This document shows positions 35,917 through 43,764 of a DNA stretch of 64,000 bases, in pieces. The position numbers were made by a program, and so were the translations under genes. The stretch's first letter is position 1, and each line of letters opens with the position of its first letter. A model generated the notes under the pieces. It had not been told where the DNA came from. It ran no database searches and saw nothing but the letters and a program-made list of their open reading frames with translations. Origin of the DNA: Nocardioides sp. (GTDB lineage Bacteria > Actinomycetota > Actinomycetes > Propionibacteriales > Nocardioidaceae); the NCBI RefSeq assembly GCF_031397825.1, contig NZ_JANNML010000056.1, positions 5,225 through 69,224 of the forward strand. Reading direction: 5' to 3'.

Positions 35917-37626
35917 TCAGCCGCCCGGCACCGGCCCGGGCTCGCCACCGGGCAGCCCCACGTCCACCCGGTCCGAGAGCCTGCACGTCGCGTCCACCTC
36001 GCACACGAGCGAGGCGTAGCCGGTCTGGAGGCCGGAGGTCACGTCGACGTACTGCAGGCGCACGGAGACCGGCTTGAGAGGCACCGAGACCGGCGTGCTG
36101 AAGCGGTTGAAGGTGGGGGCGTTCTCCACGCCCCCCGAGGTGCCGAGCTGGTCGACCACGGTCCAGGTGACCTCGTCGCCCTCGGTGTTCCAGATGACCC
36201 AGGGCCCGGCGGTCTCGTGGAGGTGCCCGATGCTCACCGTGCCGGGCAGCTGGTCGGGGATCCCGTCGTCGACGGGGGTCGTCAGGCTCGGGGGCAGCTC
36301 GCGGACCGCGTCGAGATCCTCGAGCCCGAGGAAGCCGGCGGCGGCATCGGGCTGGTGCAGGAGCACCACGGACGGGTCGTCGCCCACGGCCTCGCGCAGC
36401 TGGGCGCCGAGCTCCTGCTCGCTGATGCCGGCAGTGTTCTCCACCAGGGCTCCGAACAGCGCCTTGTGCTCGCGGTCGTGGGCTCCGGCGACGCGCAGGT
36501 CGCCGACGTCGACGGAGTCCAGGTCGGGGGTCTCCATCCCGGCGTCCTCCATCTGCTGCCAGGTGGCCTCGGTGTCGTGGTCGCCGGCGACCGCGACCAC
36601 CGGGAGGTCGCCTGCTGCCCGGGCCTCGTCCTCCACGAAGGCCTTCTCGGCGACGGTGCCGTTGGACGTGATGTCGCCCGAGATCGTGCGCACGGTGACC
36701 GCGTCAGGTCCGAGGTAGTCCAGGAGGTCGGCGTAGATCGCGGTCCGCGCGCGGGTGCCGACGAGGCTGCCCTGCGGGTCGCCCTCGGCGAGCACCAGCG
36801 TCTCCCCCTCCCGGGGTCGCAGCGCCTCGCCTCGGACCGCGAGCGTCGCGGCGAAGCTCTCCTGCGAGGCGGCGACGTAGGCAGCACCCCGCTGCTCGAT
36901 GCGCTGGGTGTTCTTCTCGATGAAGGGCTGCACCTGGCGGGCCACCTCGAGGGTCTCAGGACTGTCGAAGCTGAGCCGGTCCACCCCGGGAAGCCTCAGG
37001 TCACCCGTCACCGGCGCGCTCCCCTCCCAGGCGTCGAAGCGCAGCACGGCGGCACCGGCCGAGAGCCCGGTCGCCGCCACGGCCAGCACGCCCACCACCA
37101 CGACGGTGCCGGTGCGCGAGGTGCGCCGGAGCCGACGCCACGGGACGATCAGGAGCAGCACCCCGCCCCCGAGCAGCCCGGCGACCAGCTCGCCCTTGAC
37201 GATCTCGTCCCGCAGCTCCGCCGAGAGCTGGGCGGCGTAGGCGTCGACGACCACGTCGGGGTCGTTGATCAGGGCGACGTTGGTGCTGATGAAGCGGCTG
37301 TCGGCGTAGGACGCGAGCGTGCCGCCGGCCTCCGGCGGCCCGGTGACGCGCGCCTGCGCACCGATGCCGAAGGGGCCGGTCTCGCGCCAGTAGACCTTCC
37401 CGAAGATCCCGGTGTCGAGGGTCGACCGACCGTTGCGGGTCAGGGACACCTCGACCGGCAGGGTGCCCAGCCGGTCGTCGAAGCGGGTGGCCTCGACGGC
37501 ACGGACGACGACCACGGGGGCCGCACCGATCGCCACGACGAGGGTGCAGGCGGCGTAGTGCCCGAGCAACCCGCCCCAGCGGCGCCAGGGCGCGCGGTGG
37601 AGGAGGTCACGTCGCAGGATGGACAT
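35917..37626 (-). CDS. Membrane-anchored metallophosphoesterase
   Basis: Two N-terminal-region TM segments, then calcineurin-like motifs GDPQG, SGDITSNG, VAGDHD and IGHLH. Start at MSILRR. Confidence 0.75.
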   Translation of the reverse strand: MSILRRDLLHRAPWRRWGGLLGHYAACTLVVAIGAAPVVVVRAVEATRFDDRLGTLPVEVSLTRNGRSTLDTGIFGKVYWRETGPFGIGAQARVTGPPEAGGTLASYADSRFISTNVALINDPDVVVDAYAAQLSAELRDEIVKGELVAGLLGGGVLLLIVPWRRLRRTSRTGTVVVVGVLAVAATGLSAGAAVLRFDAWEGSAPVTGDLRLPGVDRLSFDSPETLEVARQVQPFIEKNTQRIEQRGAAYVAASQESFAATLAVRGEALRPREGETLVLAEGDPQGSLVGTRARTAIYADLLDYLGPDAVTVRTISGDITSNGTVAEKAFVEDEARAAGDLPVVAVAGDHDTEATWQQMEDAGMETPDLDSVDVGDLRVAGAHDREHKALFGALVENTAGISEQELGAQLREAVGDDPSVVLLHQPDAAAGFLGLEDLDAVRELPPSLTTPVDDGIPDQLPGTVSIGHLHETAGPWVIWNTEGDEVTWTVVDQLGTSGGVENAPTFNRFSTPVSVPLKPVSVRLQYVDVTSGLQTGYASLVCEVDATCRLSDRVDVGLPGGEPGPVPGG

Positions 37627-37750
37627 GTCGTCGACGCTACAAGGGCGTCGCGGGTGTCGGGCGACACGGCCTGTGCAAGTTCGCTCCGCCTCCCCTGCGT
37701 CGCGGAGCACCCGCCGACCTGAGGCCCGGGGCCGGCGGGTGGGCGACCCG

Positions 37751-39619
37751 TCAGCCGACCGTCGAGGCCAGCGTCAGCTGGTGGTCGCCAGCGATCATCT
37801 CGGCGGCCCGCTCGCCGATCATGATCGTCGCCGCGTTGGTGTTGCCGCTGACCACCGTCGGCATGACGCTCGCGTCGGCCACGCGCAGTCCGGCCACGCC
37901 CATGACGCGCAGCTCGGCGTCGACCACGCTGCCCATCCGGCACGTCGACGTCTCGTGGTAGACCGTGAGCGCGTAGTGGCGCGCGAGGTCCTCCAGCAAC
38001 GCGTCGCTCGGCGCCTCGCCCGTCGTGTGTCCGTGGGCCTGCGCCAGCGCGGGCGGCACCATCAGCGCGCCGATGCCCGCGCCCGGCCAGTTGTCCACGA
38101 TCTCCAGCGCTCGCCGCATGACGGCGACCATGACGGTCACGTCGTGCGGGTCGTCGAGGTAGTTGAGGTCGATCCGCGGCGCGTCGGCCACGTCGGAGCT
38201 GACCAGGCGCACCTCGCCCTCGGAGTGCGGCTGCACCGGATTGGGCAGGACCACCACGGTCTCGGCGTCGGCCGACAGCGCCGTGTCGGGATCGGCGAAG
38301 TAGTCGGCCGGTTCCACCCGGAAGAGGTGGCGCCAGATGTCGGGCGTGTAGCCGCACGCCAGCAGCCCGATCTGCGCGTCGTGCGTGTGCTCGTCGCCGA
38401 GACCGGTGGAGAAGAACGCGACCGCGTCGTAGAACGAGGACGAGGCCAGGCCCTTGCCGGTCGTCGCCCACTCCGTCACGCGTCGCTCCGCCTCGGCCTT
38501 GAGGGCCGCCAGCTCCGGCGGCAGACCCGCGTCGTCGGCCGGATCGGCGGGCAACGGACCCGCGGGCGCGCGCAGCGCGTCAGGACCCAGCGAGATGGCG
38601 ATCTCGGTCATCGTGAGCGCTACCCCCGGCGCCGGGAAGGCCAGCGGGACGTGCAGGTGGTCCTTGAGGTGCTTGCCGACGTGGGCGTTGTCGAGCAGGC
38701 ACTCGACGCCCACCGCGGCCAGCTCCGCGCTCGGACCGATCCCGGAGAGCAGCAGCAGCTGCGGCGAGCCGATGGCACCGGCGCTGACCACGACCTCACG
38801 GTCGGCGTGGATGGTCGTCGTACGCCCGTCCGAGCGGTAGCGGACGCCCGTCGCGCGCAGGCCACCTCCGTCGGGCTCGAGCAGGACCTGCTCGACCTGG
38901 GCGTGCGTGATGATCGTGAGGTTGGGTCGGTCCAGGGCCGGCTCCAGGAAGGCGTGATAGGTCGAGGACCGCTTGCCGTCGCGGGTCGTGGTCTGGAAGA
39001 GCGAGGCACACCCCCTCGGACCGCCTCGGTCGCGACCGTTGTAGTCGCCCATCGGGATCCCGCTCGCCACCGCCGCCTGGACGAACTGCTCCGCCGCGAC
39101 CGTGCGCGGCGACCGCACCGAGACACCCAGCGGGCCTCCCACGCCATGGGCCTCGTCGTCGACGACCACCCCGTCGGGCGGCTCGGGTGCCGCCAGGTCC
39201 TCGCTCTTCAGGAAGTAGGGCAGCACGTCGTCGTAGGACCAGCCCTTGCCGCCGTCAGCGGCCCAGCCGTCGAAGTCACCCGGGTGGCCCCGCACGTAAG
39301 CCATGTAGTTGAGACCCGATGAGCCACCGAGCATCTTGCCGCGCGGCACCATCATCCGACCGTCCGTCAGGCCCTTCCCGGCCCCACCGGGGTCCCCGGT
39401 GTACATCCAGTCGACCTCCGGATCGAGCTGGAGCGACGCGACGGCCGCGGGCATGGCCTCGTGGGCCGGCGGGGTCCCGCCGGCTTCCACCAGGGCGACC
39501 CGCACCGACGGGTCCTCGGTCAGCCGGGCTGCGATGACCGCTCCCGCGGACCCGCCCCCGACGACGATGAAGTCGAAGCTACCCGTGCTGCTCTCGGACG
39601 GGGTCGTGGCATCAGGCAT
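37751..39619 (-). CDS. GMC family FAD oxidoreductase (choline dehydrogenase-like paralog)
   Basis: FDFIVVGGGSAGAVIAARL, GKMLGGSSGLNYM and a C-terminal active-site region HETSTCRMG. Start at MPDATT. Confidence 0.9.
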   Translation of the reverse strand: MPDATTPSESSTGSFDFIVVGGGSAGAVIAARLTEDPSVRVALVEAGGTPPAHEAMPAAVASLQLDPEVDWMYTGDPGGAGKGLTDGRMMVPRGKMLGGSSGLNYMAYVRGHPGDFDGWAADGGKGWSYDDVLPYFLKSEDLAAPEPPDGVVVDDEAHGVGGPLGVSVRSPRTVAAEQFVQAAVASGIPMGDYNGRDRGGPRGCASLFQTTTRDGKRSSTYHAFLEPALDRPNLTIITHAQVEQVLLEPDGGGLRATGVRYRSDGRTTTIHADREVVVSAGAIGSPQLLLLSGIGPSAELAAVGVECLLDNAHVGKHLKDHLHVPLAFPAPGVALTMTEIAISLGPDALRAPAGPLPADPADDAGLPPELAALKAEAERRVTEWATTGKGLASSSFYDAVAFFSTGLGDEHTHDAQIGLLACGYTPDIWRHLFRVEPADYFADPDTALSADAETVVVLPNPVQPHSEGEVRLVSSDVADAPRIDLNYLDDPHDVTVMVAVMRRALEIVDNWPGAGIGALMVPPALAQAHGHTTGEAPSDALLEDLARHYALTVYHETSTCRMGSVVDAELRVMGVAGLRVADASVMPTVVSGNTNAATIMIGERAAEMIAGDHQLTLASTVG

Positions 39620-39694
39620 GGATGGCACCTCTCTGATCAGTCGATGTGACGCCGGCCACACGAGAGTGCCTCACAGAGGTTGGTCAACGGCTGC

Positions 39695-39898
39695 TCACGT
39701 GATGTCCGCACCCCCCGCTGGGCCCGGCCCGCAGGCCCGGCACACCATCCGGATCGGCACCTCGGCGGACACCACCGGCATGACATCCGCTCGACCTGAC
39801 TCGCCGGGCAGCAGCACCGGCACCAGCTTCTCTCCGCACGTCGGGCACGACGTCGCCCAGGAACCCTCCACCACAGCGCTTGCCTCAGTTCTCCCCAT
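39695..39898 (-). CDS. Small zinc-ribbon protein (CPTCG...CRACG)
   Basis: 67 aa from MGRTEAS with good GC3. An in-frame ATG at 39976, inside the palindrome arm, would give 93 aa. No family recognised. Confidence 0.45.
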   Translation of the reverse strand: MGRTEASAVVEGSWATSCPTCGEKLVPVLLPGESGRADVMPVVSAEVPIRMVCRACGPGPAGGADIT

Positions 39899-39940
39899 GC
39901 GCTCGACCCTCCGGTGCCCACTCACCGGAGACGCACACCT

Positions 39941-39980
39941 TGAGATGAAGACTTCTTCACTTCGTGTAGTCTTCATCTCA
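39941..39980. promoter_or_regulatory. Perfect 13-14-13 inverted repeat TGAGATGAAGACT-N14-AGTCTTCATCTCA, candidate ArsR operator
   Basis: Read directly. It is locally AT-rich, and the last base of the right arm is the A of the ArsR ATG. Confidence 0.7.
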
Positions 39981-40312
39981 TGACAGTGCCGCTCTACCAA
40001 GCCAAGGCCGAGTTCTTCAAGACGCTCGGTCACCCCGCGAGGATCCGGATCCTCGAGCTCCTCGCGGAGCGCGACCACGCCGTCCACGAGCTGCTGGAGC
40101 TGATCGCGATCGAGCCGAGCAACCTCTCCCAGCAGCTCGCCGTGCTGCGCCGCACGTCCCTGGTGGTCTCGCGACGCGAGGGCGGCGAGGTCGTCTACTC
40201 CGTCAGCGTCCCCGAGGTGCGCGACCTGCTCCTCGCGGCGCGGAGCATCCTGTCCGGGATCATCGCCGCACAGGGCGAGCTGGGCGACGAGCTCTCCGTT
40301 CGCCGGGCATGA
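39980..40312 (+). CDS. ArsR/SmtB family transcriptional regulator
   Basis: FKTLGHPARIRILELLAERDHAVHELLELIAIEPSNLSQQLAVLR winged-HTH. ATGA overlap with the SulP gene. Confidence 0.9.
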   Translation: MTVPLYQAKAEFFKTLGHPARIRILELLAERDHAVHELLELIAIEPSNLSQQLAVLRRTSLVVSRREGGEVVYSVSVPEVRDLLLAARSILSGIIAAQGELGDELSVRRA

Positions 40313-41979
40313 GGAGGGCGGGCCTCGCGGCCCTTGCCCGCACCCGACAGCTGCTGCCCCGACGGGACGACTGGAGCCACGGCCGACCTCTGCGCGACCT
40401 GGTCGCCGGCGTCATGGTCGGCCTCGTCGCGCTCCCTCTCGCGCTCGGCTTCGGCGTCAGCTCCGGCATGGGCGCGACCGCCGGACTGGTGACCGCGATC
40501 GTGGCCGGCGCGGTCGCCGCGGTCTTCGGCGGCAGCCGCTTCCAGGTGAGCGGACCGACGGGCGCCATGACCGTCGTCCTCGTGCCGATCGTCGCCAGCC
40601 ACGGACCCGACGGGGTGCTGGTCGTCGGTCTGCTGGCGGGGGTCCTCCTGGTGGGTCTCGGGGCCGCCGGCGCCGGGCGCTTCATCCGCTACGTGCCGGT
40701 GCCCGTCGTGGAGGGCTTCACCCTCGGGATCGCGGCGATCATCGCCTTGCAGCAGCTGCCCGGGGCCTTGGGGGTCGACGTACGCGCCGAGAAGGTGCTC
40801 GTCCTCTGCTGGCGAGCGGTCACCGCCTTCGCGAGAGATCCCCAGTGGGTGCCGCTGGCGATCACCGTCGGCGTGATCGCCCTGGTCCTCGCCCTGTCCC
40901 GAAGGCTGCCCCTGGTCCCCGGCTCGCTGGTCGCCGTGGTGGTCGCCACGGTCGCGACCTCCGTCCTCGGCTGGGACGCCGCGACCATCGGCCACGTCCC
41001 CTCCAGCCTGCCGAGCCCGTCGCTCCCCCGGATCCCCTGGGGCGACCTGGACGCGTTGCTGCTGGCCGCCGTGGCTGTCGCCGCCCTGGCCTCCCTGGAG
41101 AGCTTGCTGTCCGCCACGGTGGCCGATGCCATGAGCGTCGGTCAGCGCCACGACTCCGATCGGGAGCTCACCGGGCAGGGCCTGGCCAACCTGGTCGCCC
41201 CGCTCTTCGGCGGCATCCCCGCGACCGCGGCCATCGCCCGCACGGCCGTCAACGTCCGCTCGGGTGCCACGACCAGGCTCGCGGCGCTGACGCACGCCCT
41301 GGTGCTGCTCGTCATCGTGCTGGTCGCCGCCCGCTGGGTCGGCGAGATCCCCCGCGCTGCGCTCGCCGGGGTGCTGGTGGCGACCGCGATCCAGATGGTG
41401 CGCGTCTCCAGCACGGCCGCCCTGCTGCGCTCGACGCGCGGTGATGCCGTGGTGCTGGCGATCACCACGGTCGCGACCATCACCTTCGACCTGGTGACCG
41501 CGGTCCTGATCGGCCTCGTGCTGGCCGGGTTCTTCGCCGTGCGGGAGACCGCACGGTCGGCGCGGCTCCAGGAGGTGCCGCTCGAGGACACCGACCACGT
41601 CGACGAGGAGCTGGCCCTGCTGGACGAGCACATCGTCGCCTACCGGCTCGACGGACCGCTCTTCTTCGCCGCCGCGCACGACTTCCTGCTGGAGCTCACC
41701 GACGTGACCCGGGTGCACGTGGTCGTGCTGCGCATGTCGCGCGTCACCGCCATCGACGCGACCGGCGCCCACGTCCTCGCCGACACCATCAGCAGACTCG
41801 AGGGACGCCACGTCACCGTCCTGCTCTCCGGCGTCCGGCCCGAGCACGAGCAGGTGCTGCGCGAGCTCGGCGTCCACGACCAGCTCGCCCATCGCCGGCA
41901 CCTGTTCACCAGCACGCCGGACGCGATCGCCCACGCCCGCGAGCACGCCGCGAGGGTGGCGCACCCGGTGGACGGCTGA
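40309..41979 (+). CDS. SulP family anion transporter with a C-terminal STAS domain
   Basis: Multi-TM N-terminal region (GVMVGLVALPLALGFGVSSG, QVSGPTGAMTVV) and a STAS-like tail (IVAYRLDGPLFFAAAHDF...VVVLRMSRVTAIDATGA). Confidence 0.9.
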   Translation: MRRAGLAALARTRQLLPRRDDWSHGRPLRDLVAGVMVGLVALPLALGFGVSSGMGATAGLVTAIVAGAVAAVFGGSRFQVSGPTGAMTVVLVPIVASHGPDGVLVVGLLAGVLLVGLGAAGAGRFIRYVPVPVVEGFTLGIAAIIALQQLPGALGVDVRAEKVLVLCWRAVTAFARDPQWVPLAITVGVIALVLALSRRLPLVPGSLVAVVVATVATSVLGWDAATIGHVPSSLPSPSLPRIPWGDLDALLLAAVAVAALASLESLLSATVADAMSVGQRHDSDRELTGQGLANLVAPLFGGIPATAAIARTAVNVRSGATTRLAALTHALVLLVIVLVAARWVGEIPRAALAGVLVATAIQMVRVSSTAALLRSTRGDAVVLAITTVATITFDLVTAVLIGLVLAGFFAVRETARSARLQEVPLEDTDHVDEELALLDEHIVAYRLDGPLFFAAAHDFLLELTDVTRVHVVVLRMSRVTAIDATGAHVLADTISRLEGRHVTVLLSGVRPEHEQVLRELGVHDQLAHRRHLFTSTPDAIAHAREHAARVAHPVDG

Positions 41980-41982
41980 CGA

Positions 41983-43176
41983 CTACCAGGTGCGTGCCCA
42001 CAGGCAGTGCTCGGAGGCCAGGAGCTGCTCCATCGCGTGCCCGGACAAGGGTGCCGAGGCGTCGGTGACGACATAACCCAACGCGTCTCGCGTGGACAGC
42101 TGCTGCCCGACGACGTTGTCGCCGTCGGCGGCGAAGAGCGCGTTGAAACCGGCGAGCACCCCGGGGACGTTGTGGTGCAGGAAACCCAGGCGGTGGCCCT
42201 GGTTGAGCGGTGGGGTCACGACGGCCGGCAGGTTGACCGAGAGCGCCGTGCTGCCCTCGAGCGCGAAGCCCGTGAGCTTGCCCGCCACGAACCAGCCGAT
42301 CTCCGCCTGCGCCTCCTGCGTGGAGCCCCCGATGTGGGGCGTGAGGATGACGTTGTCGAGCCCGCGCAGGACGGACTCGAAGGTGTCGCCCTGCACCTTC
42401 GGCTCCACCGGGAAGACGTCCAGCGCGGCGCCGGCGATGTGGCCCGAGACCAGGTGGTCACGCAGGGACTCGTTGTCGACCACCATGCCACGCGAGGCGT
42501 TGATGAACATCGACCGCGGCTTCATCAGCGCGAACTCACGGGCGCCGAAGAAGCCGGCGTTGCCCGGCCGCCCGTCGACGTGCAGGGTGACCACGTCGGA
42601 GATCTCGAGGAGCTCGTCCAGCGAGCGCATCCTGCGCGCGTTGCCGTGAGCCGGACGGTCGGAGGTGTCGAAGAAGACCACCCGCATGCCCATAGCCTCG
42701 GCGAGCGTCGACAGCTGGGTGCCGATGTTGCCGTAGCCGACGATGCCGATCGTGCGGCCGCGCACCTCGTGGCTGCCCTGTGCCGACTTGTCCCACACCC
42801 CGTCGTGCATCCGCAGGGTCTTCTCGGGCAGTCGACGCGCGAGCGCGATGATCTCGCCGATGACCAGCTCCACCACACTGCGCGTGTTGGAGTAGGGCGC
42901 GTTGAAGACCCCGATCCCGCGGGCCGACGCCGCGGCGAGGTCGACCTGGTTGGTGCCGATGCAGAAGCAGCCGATCGCGAGGAGGTCCGGTGCGGCTTCG
43001 AGCACGCGAGACGTGACCGTGGTGTTGGAGCGGATCCCCAGCAGGCTCACGCCGTCGAGCGAGTCGACCAGCTCCGACTCGGAGAGCGCGCCGGAGCGCA
43101 GGTCCACGTCGTAGCCCCTGCTCTCGAGCACCTCGACCGCCGTGGGGTGGATGTTCTCCAGAACCAAAGCCTTCAT
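41983..43176 (-). CDS. serA: D-3-phosphoglycerate dehydrogenase (E. coli SerA-type with ACT domain)
   Basis: AIGCFCIGTNQVDL..FNAPYSNTRSVVELVIGEII, GIVGYGNIGTQL, and LTPHIGGSTQEAQ are collinear with E. coli SerA. Confidence 0.85.
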   Translation of the reverse strand: MKALVLENIHPTAVEVLESRGYDVDLRSGALSESELVDSLDGVSLLGIRSNTTVTSRVLEAAPDLLAIGCFCIGTNQVDLAAASARGIGVFNAPYSNTRSVVELVIGEIIALARRLPEKTLRMHDGVWDKSAQGSHEVRGRTIGIVGYGNIGTQLSTLAEAMGMRVVFFDTSDRPAHGNARRMRSLDELLEISDVVTLHVDGRPGNAGFFGAREFALMKPRSMFINASRGMVVDNESLRDHLVSGHIAGAALDVFPVEPKVQGDTFESVLRGLDNVILTPHIGGSTQEAQAEIGWFVAGKLTGFALEGSTALSVNLPAVVTPPLNQGHRLGFLHHNVPGVLAGFNALFAADGDNVVGQQLSTRDALGYVVTDASAPLSGHAMEQLLASEHCLWARTW

Positions 43177-43245
43177 GGGCCAACCGTAGAGGCAGCATCA
43201 CCGCGGCCCGCAACCAGCGCGGAACCGTCCGTCAGCCGGTCGCCC

Positions 43246-43764
43246 TCACAGGTCCTCGATGGCCGCGTCCATGAGCCACGTGGCGAGGTGACGGGCGAAG
43301 GCCGACCGCACGTAGACGCGGAGCTCGTCGTCGCCGGTGCGTCCGATCGCGACCTGGGCGCCGACCAGCAGGCCCTGCACGCAGCCGCCCACCGGGAGCC
43401 TCGACAGGTCGAGCGGACAACCGTGGGCGAGCACCCGCAGGGCGTTCTCCCCGGCGACGACCACCGTGGTGCGCTGAGCCGACACGTCCGCCACGTGGGA
43501 GCCCCCGCCGCCGGAGGCGCGCACCAGCCCGGCCAGCGGGACCTCGAGGCACGGCTCGGTCGGCGGGGGTCCGTCGACCAGCCACCAGGTCGCCCCCAGC
43601 TGCCAGACGTGTGGCGCGACCACCGCGGCGGTCGCGGGGCGAGCCACCGAGCGGACCTCCACGAGCGAGCGGAACGGCTCCTCGGCCATCCTCAGCCGCG
43701 GGCCGTCGACCCCGAAGCCGAGCCCGGCCAACGGGGAGCGGCGCAGGTGCAGGGCCTCAACCAT
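43246..43764 (-). CDS. soxG: Sarcosine oxidase gamma subunit
   Basis: 172 aa immediately after soxA with an 8-nt overlap, completing the soxBDAG order. Start at MVEALHL. Confidence 0.8.
   Translation of the reverse strand: MVEALHLRRSPLAGLGFGVDGPRLRMAEEPFRSLVEVRSVARPATAAVVAPHVWQLGATWWLVDGPPPTEPCLEVPLAGLVRASGGGGSHVADVSAQRTTVVVAGENALRVLAHGCPLDLSRLPVGGCVQGLLVGAQVAIGRTGDDELRVYVRSAFARHLATWLMDAAIEDL

Noticed and set aside
39620-39694. Imperfect inverted repeats (GGCACCTCTC...GAGAGTGCC and CCTCTCTG...CACAGAGG) upstream of the GMC oxidoreductase gene.
   Set aside because: The arms are mismatched and the loops are long. No second copy or known motif supports a regulatory call.
43208-43213. Single CGCAAC half-site upstream of serA, considered as a fourth site of the island motif.
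   Set aside because: The partner GTTGC at N7 and the third GCAAC at N14 are both absent.
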